Assembly: GCA_016184225.1 (NCBI GenBank)
Contig: JACPDA010000004.1
Span: 474,763 to 538,762 of the forward strand
Direction: 5' to 3'
DNA from: Candidatus Daviesbacteria bacterium
Lineage (GTDB): Bacteria; Patescibacteriota; Microgenomatia; Daviesbacterales; UBA10151
DNA length: 64,000 bases
In this document: piece by piece, positions 31,105 to 39,610 of the stretch
How the letters are laid out: each line of letters opens with the position of its first letter
Numbering within the stretch: position 1 is the stretch's first letter
The notes under the pieces: model-generated
What the model saw: only the letters and a program-made list of their open reading frames with translations
Told to the model about the DNA's origin: nothing
The model's database searches: none
Program-made: the position numbers and the translations under genes

Positions 31105-32988
31105 ATGTTCAAAAACTTAAACAAAAGATTAAAATATTCAGATAAAAAATATTTAAGAAAAAATTCACATAAAAACAGAAGAAGAGTATTGGTTGCGCTG
31201 GTGATTTTGGCGATTGCCTTTATTATTCCTTCAACTTTCGCTTTCCTTGGGTTAAAACAAGCTTTATCCCACACAAAAGCTTTAGTTGCATCATATAAGA
31301 GTCAACAATTTGATAGTTTAAGTAGGGAAGTTTCCGCTACAAAGAATAGTTTGCAGGGAGCAAATATCTCATTAAGTTTCTTATTCTGGCTGCGGGCGAT
31401 ACCATTTATAGGTGGATATTATTCGGATGCGAAAGGTTTAGTAAATGCTGCAGTTGAAGGGTTAGTGGCGCTGGATAAAATTCTGTCGAATGTTGAAGGT
31501 GCAAAGGAGGAATTAGGATTTGATGGAAACGAGAAAAGCGGACCGGAAAGGGTAACCCAAGCGCTGAATATTTTAAGCAAGTCATTGCCCTTTTTGGATA
31601 AGGTGGAGGGTAATTTAAGGAAAGCTTCAGATTCGGTTAAAAATATTGACACTACTAAATATCCTGACAAATTTAGGGGTAAAGCAGTGAGGGGAAACTT
31701 AAGAATGGCAAAGAATTTCATAATGGGTGCTGCAGTTGCGGTTAAAGAAGGGAGGGGTGCTTTGACTCTGGCACCCGATGCCTTGGGAGCAAGCGGTACC
31801 AAAAACTATTTTCTCCTTTTTCAAAACGATAAAGAGATAAGACCAACCGGTGGGTTTTTAACAGCTTATGCCACACTTACAATTAACAACGGGCAAGTCA
31901 GTGCCAGTACTTCTGATGATATTTACAGACTGGATGAAAAATTGCTTGATGTTTGTTTAACTAAAATATGCCCTTTGACTCCTCCGGAGCCGATTGTTAA
32001 ATATTTACCTGAAGTCTCCGGCAAACCCCGGTCTGCCTGGAGCATGAGGGATTCAAATATTTCACCGGATATACCAACTGCGGCTAAAGAATTCGAGAGG
32101 ATGTATCAACTTTTGGGGGAAGGATTACCTTATGATGGAATTATTTATATTGATTCACAGGTAGTTGAGGAATTAATTGAAGTAACAGGACCGATTGATG
32201 TCTTTGGTACCACCTATTCCGCTGAAATCGATAAAAGGTGCAATTGTCCAAACGTGATTTATGAGCTGGAATCTTATGCAGAAATTGCCGCCAAAGGAGA
32301 AAAAGACAGGAAAGCAATTCTGGGGGTTTTAATGCAGCAGATTTTAGCCAGATCGGTTGGGGCAGATGTGGAGAAGCTGCCACAACTTATTGAGGTGGTA
32401 GCCAGGCTGGCAAACCATAAGCACATTATGTTTTATATGCATGAGTCACCGCTGCAAAGTTCTTTATCGGAGTTAAATTGGACCGGAGAAATTAAAAGCG
32501 TAGACGGCGATTATTTGCATATTAATGATTCCAACTTTGCCGGCGGAAAATCTAATTTATATGTGGAGCAGACAGTTACCCAGGAAATAAACACCCGAAA
32601 AGATGGGACAATGAAAAAGAAAATTACCATTGAATACAAAAATGATCAACCCTTTGGGATTTGGTTAAACGGGATCAATCGTGATTATGTCAGGTTCTAT
32701 GTGCCAAAAGGCAGCCAGCTTTTATCTTCCAAAGGTTCTGAGGTAGCTGTTAGTACTATAGATGATTTAGGTAAAACAGTGTTTGAGGCATTTGTCCAAG
32801 TCCGGCCCCAGAATACAAGAAAGCTGGAGATTGAGTATTCGCTGCCGTACCAGCCGGATGGGAAATATAAGTTAATAATCCAGAAACAGCCCGGGGCAAA
32901 AGATTTTCATTATAAGATTAAACTTAACGGTCGCGGAGTGGCAGATTTTGAATTGGATCAGGATAAGGAATTTGAGTTTGGGATATAA
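31105..32988 (+). CDS. DUF4012 domain protein (secreted/membrane-anchored)
   Basis: N-terminal TM plus a ~600-aa extracytoplasmic region with LLFQNDKEIRPTGGFLTAYATL, which I recall as the DUF4012 hallmark. Confidence 0.55.
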   Translation: MFKNLNKRLKYSDKKYLRKNSHKNRRRVLVALVILAIAFIIPSTFAFLGLKQALSHTKALVASYKSQQFDSLSREVSATKNSLQGANISLSFLFWLRAIPFIGGYYSDAKGLVNAAVEGLVALDKILSNVEGAKEELGFDGNEKSGPERVTQALNILSKSLPFLDKVEGNLRKASDSVKNIDTTKYPDKFRGKAVRGNLRMAKNFIMGAAVAVKEGRGALTLAPDALGASGTKNYFLLFQNDKEIRPTGGFLTAYATLTINNGQVSASTSDDIYRLDEKLLDVCLTKICPLTPPEPIVKYLPEVSGKPRSAWSMRDSNISPDIPTAAKEFERMYQLLGEGLPYDGIIYIDSQVVEELIEVTGPIDVFGTTYSAEIDKRCNCPNVIYELESYAEIAAKGEKDRKAILGVLMQQILARSVGADVEKLPQLIEVVARLANHKHIMFYMHESPLQSSLSELNWTGEIKSVDGDYLHINDSNFAGGKSNLYVEQTVTQEINTRKDGTMKKKITIEYKNDQPFGIWLNGINRDYVRFYVPKGSQLLSSKGSEVAVSTIDDLGKTVFEAFVQVRPQNTRKLEIEYSLPYQPDGKYKLIIQKQPGAKDFHYKIKLNGRGVADFELDQDKEFEFGI

Positions 32989-33015
32989 CAGAATATCTGT
33001 GATAAACTGCACCTT

Positions 33016-33681
33016 ATGCAGGGGATTAAAGTTGAGGGGATTATTTTAAAGAGGCGGAATTTAGGTGAAGCAGACCGGATTTTAACTGTGTTTTCTCTCC
33101 AAAAAGGCAAGATTTCCGTCCTGGCAAAAGGCGTCAGGAGAATCCACTCAAGAAGGGCAGGAAATGTTGAGCTTTTAAACAGGGTTTTGCTGTATTTACA
33201 CCAGGCAAAAACTTTTCTGATTTTAACTGAAGCCAGCAGTTTAGATACATTCCAGAGGTTAAAAGAAGATTTAACTTTATCTACTTATGCTTTTCATATT
33301 ATTGAACTGGTGGATAAGCTGACAGCAGAAAACCAAGAGAACAAGGGTATGTATGAGCATTTGGTGAATGTTTTACAAAGGTTATCTAGGAATCCCAGGC
33401 AGATATTGGTTAGAGCTTTTGAAGCGAAAATACTTTCAAGTCTGGGCTTTGCAACATTTCGAAGCTCCACCCCGGGGATGTCAATACAAATTCACCCCGG
33501 GGGTGTCAATACAAATATTAAGAATCTGCTGGAAAAATTGGAAACATCATCATGGGATGAGATTGAAAAGACGGAAATACACGAAAAAGAGGCTCTGGAA
33601 CTGGAACGTACGTTGCGGTATCATGTAGAAAGAGTGATAGAAGGGAGGTTAAAAAGCAGGCAACTGCTAAAGAAAATATAG
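33016..33681 (+). CDS. recO: DNA repair protein RecO
   Basis: N-terminal OB-fold pattern GIILKRRNLGEADRILTVFSLQKGKISVLAKGVRR; length 221 aa. Confidence 0.75.
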   Translation: MQGIKVEGIILKRRNLGEADRILTVFSLQKGKISVLAKGVRRIHSRRAGNVELLNRVLLYLHQAKTFLILTEASSLDTFQRLKEDLTLSTYAFHIIELVDKLTAENQENKGMYEHLVNVLQRLSRNPRQILVRAFEAKILSSLGFATFRSSTPGMSIQIHPGGVNTNIKNLLEKLETSSWDEIEKTEIHEKEALELERTLRYHVERVIEGRLKSRQLLKKI

Positions 33682-33705
33682 TAGCTTGTCACAGCACAAA
33701 GTACC

Positions 33706-33743
33706 GCGAGCGCGTCCAAGTCGCTCGCTATTGGTTTGTTTCG
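33706..33743 (+). terminator. rho-independent terminator candidate after recO
   Basis: GCGAGCG-N9-CGCTCGC stem followed by TATTGGTTTGTTTCG. Confidence 0.45.
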
Positions 33744-33847
33744 CGTCGCGCAATGCCTGAATCATGGACGAAGTAGTGCGCTCAACTGCACCGATTACTT
33801 TGACTGCTTGTGACTTCGCTACTCTTTAGCGATATGCGATATGCGAT

Positions 33848-35155
33848 ATGGATAATCTAATGGATAAGATTGTAGCTTTGTGTAAAAGAAGGGGGTTTGT
33901 ATTTCCGGGATCTGAGATTTACGGAGGTATGGCTAATTCTTGGGATTATGGACCTTTGGGAGTTGAGCTTAAAAATAATATTAAACAGGCTTGGTGGAAA
34001 AGGTTTGTTCACTTGCGGGAAGATATAATCGGGATTGATGCAGCCTTAATTATGAACCCTAAGGTCTGGGAAGCTTCCGGGCATGTAGCAAATTTCCAGG
34101 ATCCGTTAGTAGAGTGTAAAAAGTGTCACGAGCGGTTTAGGGCAGACCATATTAAAGATAACACTTGTCCGAATTGCGGTTCAAAAGATGCCTTTACCAG
34201 TGAGAAAATGTTTAATCTAATGTTTAAAACCTTTATTGGTCCGGCAGAGGAATCGTCTAATGTGGCATATTTTCGGCCGGAGACAGCTCAAGCAATGTTT
34301 GTGGATTTTAGAAGTGTTTTGGATACTGCCAGAATGAGAGTGCCTTTTGGAATCGCCCAAATCGGTAAAGCTTTTAGAAACGAAATCACCCCGGGAAATT
34401 TTATCTTCAGGACCAGGGAGTTTGAACAGATGGAGATTGAATATTTTATTCCACCTCCTAAGCAGGATGCTGATTGGCAGGGTTTTTTTGAACTTTGGAG
34501 AAAAGAAATGTTAAGTTGGATAAAAGATGATTTAGGGGTGGATTTAGAGAAAATTCACGAGCATGAAATTGAGACAGAGGAAAGAGCCCATTATTCCAAA
34601 AGGACCATTGATTTTGAATATGATTTTCCTTTTGGAATGAGTGAGCTCTATGGACTGGCATACAGGACTGATTTTGACTTAAAAAACCATGAAAAATTCT
34701 CGGGGCAAAATCTAGAGTACAGAGATCCTGAGACAGGAGAGAAATTTATTCCTCATGTGATAGAGCCGACTTGGGGAGTAGACAGATCAGTATTGGTGAT
34801 ATTAATAGATGCTTATAGCGAACAGGACGGAAGAGTGGTTTTAAAGTTAAAACGGAAGCTTGCTCCGTATAAAGCAGCAGTTTTTCCACTTTTGGCCAAT
34901 AAGCCAGAGTTGATCAAAATTGCCCGTAGGATTTACCTTGACCTTAAGGAAAGTTTCATGGTAGCCTGGGATGACAGGGGTAATATTGGTAAAAGGTATG
35001 CTTCCCAGGATGAGATTGGGACACCCTTTTGTATTACAGTAGATTTTCAGAGCTTGGAGGATGAGATGGTCACAGTCAGAGACCGGGATAGTGCCAAGCA
35101 GGACAGAGTAAAAATAGACGAACTAAAAGAATACCTAACAAAGAAAATTGCATGA
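33848..35155 (+). CDS. glyQS: glycine--tRNA ligase (dimeric class II GlyQS type)
   Basis: CKRRGFVFPGSEIYGGMANSWDYGPLGVELKNN..., class II motifs and a C-terminal anticodon-binding domain. Confidence 0.85.
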   Translation: MDNLMDKIVALCKRRGFVFPGSEIYGGMANSWDYGPLGVELKNNIKQAWWKRFVHLREDIIGIDAALIMNPKVWEASGHVANFQDPLVECKKCHERFRADHIKDNTCPNCGSKDAFTSEKMFNLMFKTFIGPAEESSNVAYFRPETAQAMFVDFRSVLDTARMRVPFGIAQIGKAFRNEITPGNFIFRTREFEQMEIEYFIPPPKQDADWQGFFELWRKEMLSWIKDDLGVDLEKIHEHEIETEERAHYSKRTIDFEYDFPFGMSELYGLAYRTDFDLKNHEKFSGQNLEYRDPETGEKFIPHVIEPTWGVDRSVLVILIDAYSEQDGRVVLKLKRKLAPYKAAVFPLLANKPELIKIARRIYLDLKESFMVAWDDRGNIGKRYASQDEIGTPFCITVDFQSLEDEMVTVRDRDSAKQDRVKIDELKEYLTKKIA

Positions 35156-36048
35156 ATAAACTAACGCAACTGCTCACTCTGCATCGCAGAACAACCCTTC
35201 TGGTGGTGGTATTGGTCATTGTCGGACTACTGAGCTGGTTCGGAGTACAAAGTTTTCTTGCCGGAAACCAGGGCCCGGCTGAAGAAATTGACCTAATTTT
35301 TGATGCCGAAGGTCCCTATGCCCTGCTTTTCCCCAGAAGAGACGGCAATGCCTTAATTTTGGACCTTAAAAGAACCAGCTCGTATGACAGTATTTCTTAT
35401 GAGCTAGCTTACACTAGCACGCCGGATGAGAAAGTTGTCTCCGGCAACAAGATTTCCGAAGATGGTGAAGGAAATACCTCAGGGTCGATTGACAGGGGAG
35501 TTATGGGCACCATTGATACTAAAGATAAAAAGGGTGAGTATGAACAGGAAATTTTGTTTGGGTCTTGCAGTAAAAATGTTTGTAAATATGATAAAGGGGT
35601 AGAAAACGGGACTCTGATGCTGCGTATCAGAAAAGGAGATAAGGTGTATAGAATGGTTACCCAGTGGCACTTGCAAAAACCGGACGTAGCTTTAGGTAAT
35701 TTAACCTCTGGTGACGGGCATTTAGTTTACAAAGTAGATGGAGATAGGCAAGCGCTTGCTAATATAGGTTTTACCATAACTAATGATTTAACAGGTCTAC
35801 CAAAACTTCCGTCTGGAAAACAGGTTTTGGGTAAAGTTTACTCCTTGAATGTACCGATTGCCAAAGAGTTGACCGGTGGGTCAGTTAGCCTAGAGCTGGC
35901 AGAGGATCCGTCTGAGGGAGCAAAGCTTTTTAGGTACAATGGAAACAAGAGCGAGTGGCAGGAATTGGATACTAAAGTAGAAGGAAGCAAGCTTTCAGCT
36001 AAAGCAGATGGAGCTGGAATATTTGTAGTATTAATTCCCTCAAAATAA
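35152..36048 (+). CDS. hypothetical exported/membrane-anchored protein
   Basis: N-terminal TM/signal anchor; no recognised domain; ATGA overlap with glyQS. Confidence 0.45.
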   Translation: MNKLTQLLTLHRRTTLLVVVLVIVGLLSWFGVQSFLAGNQGPAEEIDLIFDAEGPYALLFPRRDGNALILDLKRTSSYDSISYELAYTSTPDEKVVSGNKISEDGEGNTSGSIDRGVMGTIDTKDKKGEYEQEILFGSCSKNVCKYDKGVENGTLMLRIRKGDKVYRMVTQWHLQKPDVALGNLTSGDGHLVYKVDGDRQALANIGFTITNDLTGLPKLPSGKQVLGKVYSLNVPIAKELTGGSVSLELAEDPSEGAKLFRYNGNKSEWQELDTKVEGSKLSAKADGAGIFVVLIPSK

Positions 36049-36095
36049 GTAAGCAGCTCGTCACAACAAATTACCTCTTGACAAATTGTTATAAA

Positions 36096-36130
36096 ATGGC
36101 GGAAAATGGTTATAGATGGTGAAAAAGGGT
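36096..36130 (+). promoter_or_regulatory. putative MraZ operator: four direct repeats (AAATGGY / AAAGGGT) at exact 10-bp periodicity
   Basis: TGG at 36097, 36107, 36117 and GGG at 36127, 55-95 nt upstream of mraZ. A TTGACA is at 36078-36083. Confidence 0.45.
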
Positions 36131-36186
36131 GATCCGTCAACTGACGGACCCTAAGATATCTGCCCAGAAAGCCCGAGGATGTCCTC

Positions 36187-36597
36187 ATGTTTTTGGGTGA
36201 GTATCGAACAAAATTCACAGGTAAAGGCAGAGTGGTCCTGCCTCATAAATTCAGACAGGAGCTCAAAGGTAAAGAAGTAATCTTAAGCCGCGGCTTTGAA
36301 GAATGTATTTGGGGTTTTGACGTAAAAGATTTTGAGGAAGAGGCAAGGAAGCAGCTTGAGATATCTGCTACGGAAGAACGGGCCAGGTATATGCGCAGAT
36401 ACCTATTTTCGAGCAGCGAATCGGTGGAGCTGGACGCTCAAGGTCGGATTATCATACCGTCCGCCCTGCTTGATTTTGCTAGCGTTAAAGAGGAAATTGC
36501 AATTGTCGGCGCGGGTGATCATTTTGAGATTTGGGATGCAAAGCATTGGAAAAAGCACATGAAGAAGGTGGAGGTGAAACTTGGAAGGATATCATAG
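36187..36597 (+). CDS. mraZ: transcriptional regulator MraZ
   Basis: Duplicated MraZ domain: GKGRVVLPHKFRQEL and DAQGRIIIPSALLDFA. Confidence 0.85.
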   Translation: MFLGEYRTKFTGKGRVVLPHKFRQELKGKEVILSRGFEECIWGFDVKDFEEEARKQLEISATEERARYMRRYLFSSSESVELDAQGRIIIPSALLDFASVKEEIAIVGAGDHFEIWDAKHWKKHMKKVEVKLGRIS

Positions 36598-37480
36598 GTC
36601 CGTTCTTCTTAAGGGAGCGATAGACGCATTAGATATAAAGGCAGGAAATTGGTATTTGGATTGCACTTTGGGCGACGGGGGACATACTTTAGAGATTTTG
36701 AAACGGGGCGGTAAGGTAGTCGGAATAGATGTAGATCCGAAGGCCTTGGAGAGAGTGCATAAAAGGTTAGGGAGTTTAGGGGTTTTAGGGAATGCAGTAT
36801 TAATTCAGGGTAATTTTAGGGATTTAAAAAACTTAATATTTTCGCAGGCGGACACTGTCGGATCAAAGATAAAAGGTGCAATTTTTGATCTTGGGGTTTC
36901 CAGTCTGCAACTAGAAAGCCCCGAACGGGGTTTTTCTTTTGCGCTGGAAGGCCCTTTAGATATGAGGATGGATCCGGGTTTGCAGGTTAGAGCTCTGGAT
37001 CTACTTAATACGCTAACACGAAAGGAGTTAAATGAGTTATTTCGTAACTTGGGTGAAGAAAAATATTCTTGGAAGCTGGCTGATGCTTTGGTCAGCGCCC
37101 GTGAGGTAGGACAGGTTACAACAACAAAAGATTTGGCGGAAGTGGTGGAGAAGGTATATAGAAGAATGGGGATTAGGGATTCAAAAATCCATCCGGCCAC
37201 CAGGGTATTTCAGGCTCTCCGGATGGTAATAAATGATGAGCTGGGGGCTTTGCAGGAGGGCTTAGATCAAGTAAAGGAGATCATAGAAAAGAATGGTTGT
37301 ATTGTGGTTATTAGTTTTCATTCATTGGAGGACCGGATCGTTAAAAATGCTTTTAAACAGTGGAAGCTTGCAGGATTGGGTGAGGTTTTAACCAGAAAAC
37401 CTGTAGTGCCGAGTGATCAGGAGATTGCAGAAAATCCAAGATCCAGATCGGCAAAAATGAGGGTATTTAAAAAATTATGA
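36581..37480 (+). CDS. rsmH: 16S rRNA (cytosine1402-N4)-methyltransferase RsmH (MraW)
   Basis: HRSVLLKGAIDAL...YLDCTLGDGGHT...DLGVSSLQLESPERGFSF. Confidence 0.9.
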   Translation: MEGYHRSVLLKGAIDALDIKAGNWYLDCTLGDGGHTLEILKRGGKVVGIDVDPKALERVHKRLGSLGVLGNAVLIQGNFRDLKNLIFSQADTVGSKIKGAIFDLGVSSLQLESPERGFSFALEGPLDMRMDPGLQVRALDLLNTLTRKELNELFRNLGEEKYSWKLADALVSAREVGQVTTTKDLAEVVEKVYRRMGIRDSKIHPATRVFQALRMVINDELGALQEGLDQVKEIIEKNGCIVVISFHSLEDRIVKNAFKQWKLAGLGEVLTRKPVVPSDQEIAENPRSRSAKMRVFKKL

Positions 37481-37773
37481 CCATCATCAAAAAATTTGAA
37501 CCAGAGGAAATAAAAAAGGGGTTTTCAAAGAAATATATAAGCGCAGTAGTAGCTGGTTTTTTCATACTTATGCTGGCTGAAATCTGGGCCAGTAATAGTG
37601 TAGTTGCTTATGGTGAAAAACTTGAGAAACTTTCTTCAATCACCAAAACACTTAGTTTGGAAAATCAAATCCTGGAAAATGAGATAGCCAGGCAGGTATC
37701 GTTAAATCGCGTTGCTTCCAAATCCGGTGAGCTTGGTTTTTCGCAAGCCGAAAGTATACAATATATTCGATAA
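37477..37773 (+). CDS. ftsL: cell division protein FtsL-like
   Basis: 98 aa, single TM then a coiled-coil; position between rsmH and ftsI. Confidence 0.6.
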   Translation: MTIIKKFEPEEIKKGFSKKYISAVVAGFFILMLAEIWASNSVVAYGEKLEKLSSITKTLSLENQILENEIARQVSLNRVASKSGELGFSQAESIQYIR

Positions 37774-37783
37774 CTTCTTTTAA

Positions 37784-39490
37784 ATGAGGCGAATATTTTG
37801 GATTAAATCAGTTTTTCTACTTTTCTTTTGCAGTTTAATTATCCGTTTGTTTTACTGGCAGGTAGTGCGGGCGGAGTTTCTTCAATCCCAGGCGGAGAAC
37901 CAATATTTTACAAATACAAAAATTGATGCCGCAAGAGGAGATATCCTTTTTTCGGACGGATTTATTTTGGCTTCTTCCAACCCGGCATTTTCCCTTTATG
38001 GCTTACCCAAAGTTATAGCACCGGATGAAAGACAAAAAATTTCTTACTCGTTGGCGAAGATTTTATCCGGTTTAGAGGAAGATCCGGAAATAGATACCCT
38101 GGCAAAGGATTTAATTACTAAGTTATCCCAGAATCTTTTTTGGGTACAGCTTAAAAAAATTATTTCCACGGAACAAAAAAAACAGATTGAAGATTTAAAT
38201 TTGTCAGGTATTGGTTTTGAGCAGCGTAGTACCAGATTTTATCCGGAAGGCTCTTCTTCGGCACACCTCTTGGGGTTTTTGGGGTCAGATGCGAAGGGAG
38301 CAAGCAAGGGCTATTTTGGAGTAGAAGGTTATTATGATGGGGAACTGCGGGGTATGTCCGGATTAATTAGAAATGAGAGGGATGCTTTAGGGCTCCCGAT
38401 TTTAATAGGTAATTTTTTTGAGAATGAAGCAAAAAACGGCAAGGATTTAATGTTAAACGTTGACCGGTCTATCCAATTTATTATTGAACGTGAGTTAAAG
38501 CTGGGGATGGAAAGCTATGGTGCTAAAGCAGGTTCTGTGGTGGTAATGGATCCAAAAACCGGAGGGATTTTGGCAGTTGCCGCTTTTCCGAGTTATGATC
38601 CTGTAAAATATTTCGATTACCCCAGAGAGTATTATAAAAATCCGGTTGTGGCAGACCAATACGAACCCGGGTCAACCTTTAAAGTATTGGTAATGGCGGC
38701 TGGCGTCAATGAAGATGTGGTTGAGCCGGATACGCGCTGCGACAAATGTTCGGGGCCAATCTCTATAGGCGGTTTTACCATCAGAACCTGGAATAATAAA
38801 TATTATCCTGATACCAGCTTAAAAGATGTGATAATCCATTCGGATAATACAGGCATGGTGTTTACGGCGCAAAAATTAGGGATAGATAAATTTTATTCAT
38901 ATATTGAAAATTTTGGTTTCGGAGAGCCCTCGGATATTGATTTACAGGATGAATCATCCCCGGACATTAGGCCTAAAAACAGCTGGAAGGAAATAGATTT
39001 AGCCACAGCCTCTTTCGGTCAAGGGATTGCCGTAACGCCGATTCAAATGGTGAGGGCAGTTGCAGCCATTGCAAATGGTGGGAATTTGATGGAACCCCAT
39101 GTGGTAAAGGAGATCAGAGACGAAAGGGGAAGTTTTAGGGTTGAGCCAAAGGTGGTGAGGCAGGTATTAAAGGATTCTACGGCGCAAATGATAAAAGAAA
39201 TGATGGTGGCAGCAGTAGAAGAAGGGGAAGCACGGGTTTTTCGCCCAAAAGGCTTTAGGATTGCCGGTAAAACAGGGACGGCCCAGATTCCGGTAGCCGG
39301 GCATTATGATTCAACTAAAACCATTGCTTCATTCGTCGGGTTTGCACCTGCAGATGACCCCAAATTTGTGATGTTAGTTCGTTACGATGAGCCTTCTTCA
39401 TCTATCTTTGGTTCGGAAACAGCTGCACCCACCTTTTTTAACATAGCCAAACAGCTTTTCATCTACTACAAAATTGCCCCTTCTGAGTAG
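37784..39490 (+). CDS. ftsI: penicillin-binding protein (class B transpeptidase, FtsI/PBP2-like)
   Basis: N-terminal TM and dimerisation domain; transpeptidase motifs STFK, HSDN, KTGTA. Confidence 0.9.
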   Translation: MRRIFWIKSVFLLFFCSLIIRLFYWQVVRAEFLQSQAENQYFTNTKIDAARGDILFSDGFILASSNPAFSLYGLPKVIAPDERQKISYSLAKILSGLEEDPEIDTLAKDLITKLSQNLFWVQLKKIISTEQKKQIEDLNLSGIGFEQRSTRFYPEGSSSAHLLGFLGSDAKGASKGYFGVEGYYDGELRGMSGLIRNERDALGLPILIGNFFENEAKNGKDLMLNVDRSIQFIIERELKLGMESYGAKAGSVVVMDPKTGGILAVAAFPSYDPVKYFDYPREYYKNPVVADQYEPGSTFKVLVMAAGVNEDVVEPDTRCDKCSGPISIGGFTIRTWNNKYYPDTSLKDVIIHSDNTGMVFTAQKLGIDKFYSYIENFGFGEPSDIDLQDESSPDIRPKNSWKEIDLATASFGQGIAVTPIQMVRAVAAIANGGNLMEPHVVKEIRDERGSFRVEPKVVRQVLKDSTAQMIKEMMVAAVEEGEARVFRPKGFRIAGKTGTAQIPVAGHYDSTKTIASFVGFAPADDPKFVMLVRYDEPSSSIFGSETAAPTFFNIAKQLFIYYKIAPSE

Positions 39491-39509
39491 GCATGATTTA
39501 ACCGAAAGT

Positions 39510-39546
39510 CCCTAGGTGTCCTACCTGGGCCACCTTCCAGGTGGAT
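39510..39546 (+). repeat. structured repeat element, copy A (CCCTAGGT...GGTGTCCTACCT...CCACCT-TCC-AGGTGG hairpin)
   Basis: ~85% identical to 58763-58840, apart from a 38-nt hairpin insertion in copy B. Confidence 0.5.
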
Positions 39547-39573
39547 AATGTTAATAGATGCACTAAATTAGTA

Positions 39574-39603
39574 TGACAAACAATGCGTAGGTCTTGGTAT
39601 AAT
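39574..39603 (+). promoter_or_regulatory. promoter candidate for murE (TGACAA-N18-TATAAT), -10 only 7 nt from the ATG
   Basis: Perfect TATAAT at 39598-39603; ATG at 39611. Confidence 0.45.
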
Positions 39604-39610
39604 AGCTTCC

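Noticed and set aside
33826-33849. GCGATAT x3 tandem heptamer just upstream of glyQS
   Set aside because: It is too short (three units) to call a functional repeat or CRISPR array. It is probably part of the promoter/5' region, or includes alternative in-frame start codons.
36332-36562. 76-aa ORF inside mraZ
   Set aside because: It is an alternative frame of mraZ; the MraZ frame has the diagnostic duplicated domain.
39524-39544. Hairpin after ftsI as a rho-independent terminator
   Set aside because: There is no U-tract after the stem. It is better explained as part of the conserved structured repeat element (copy A).
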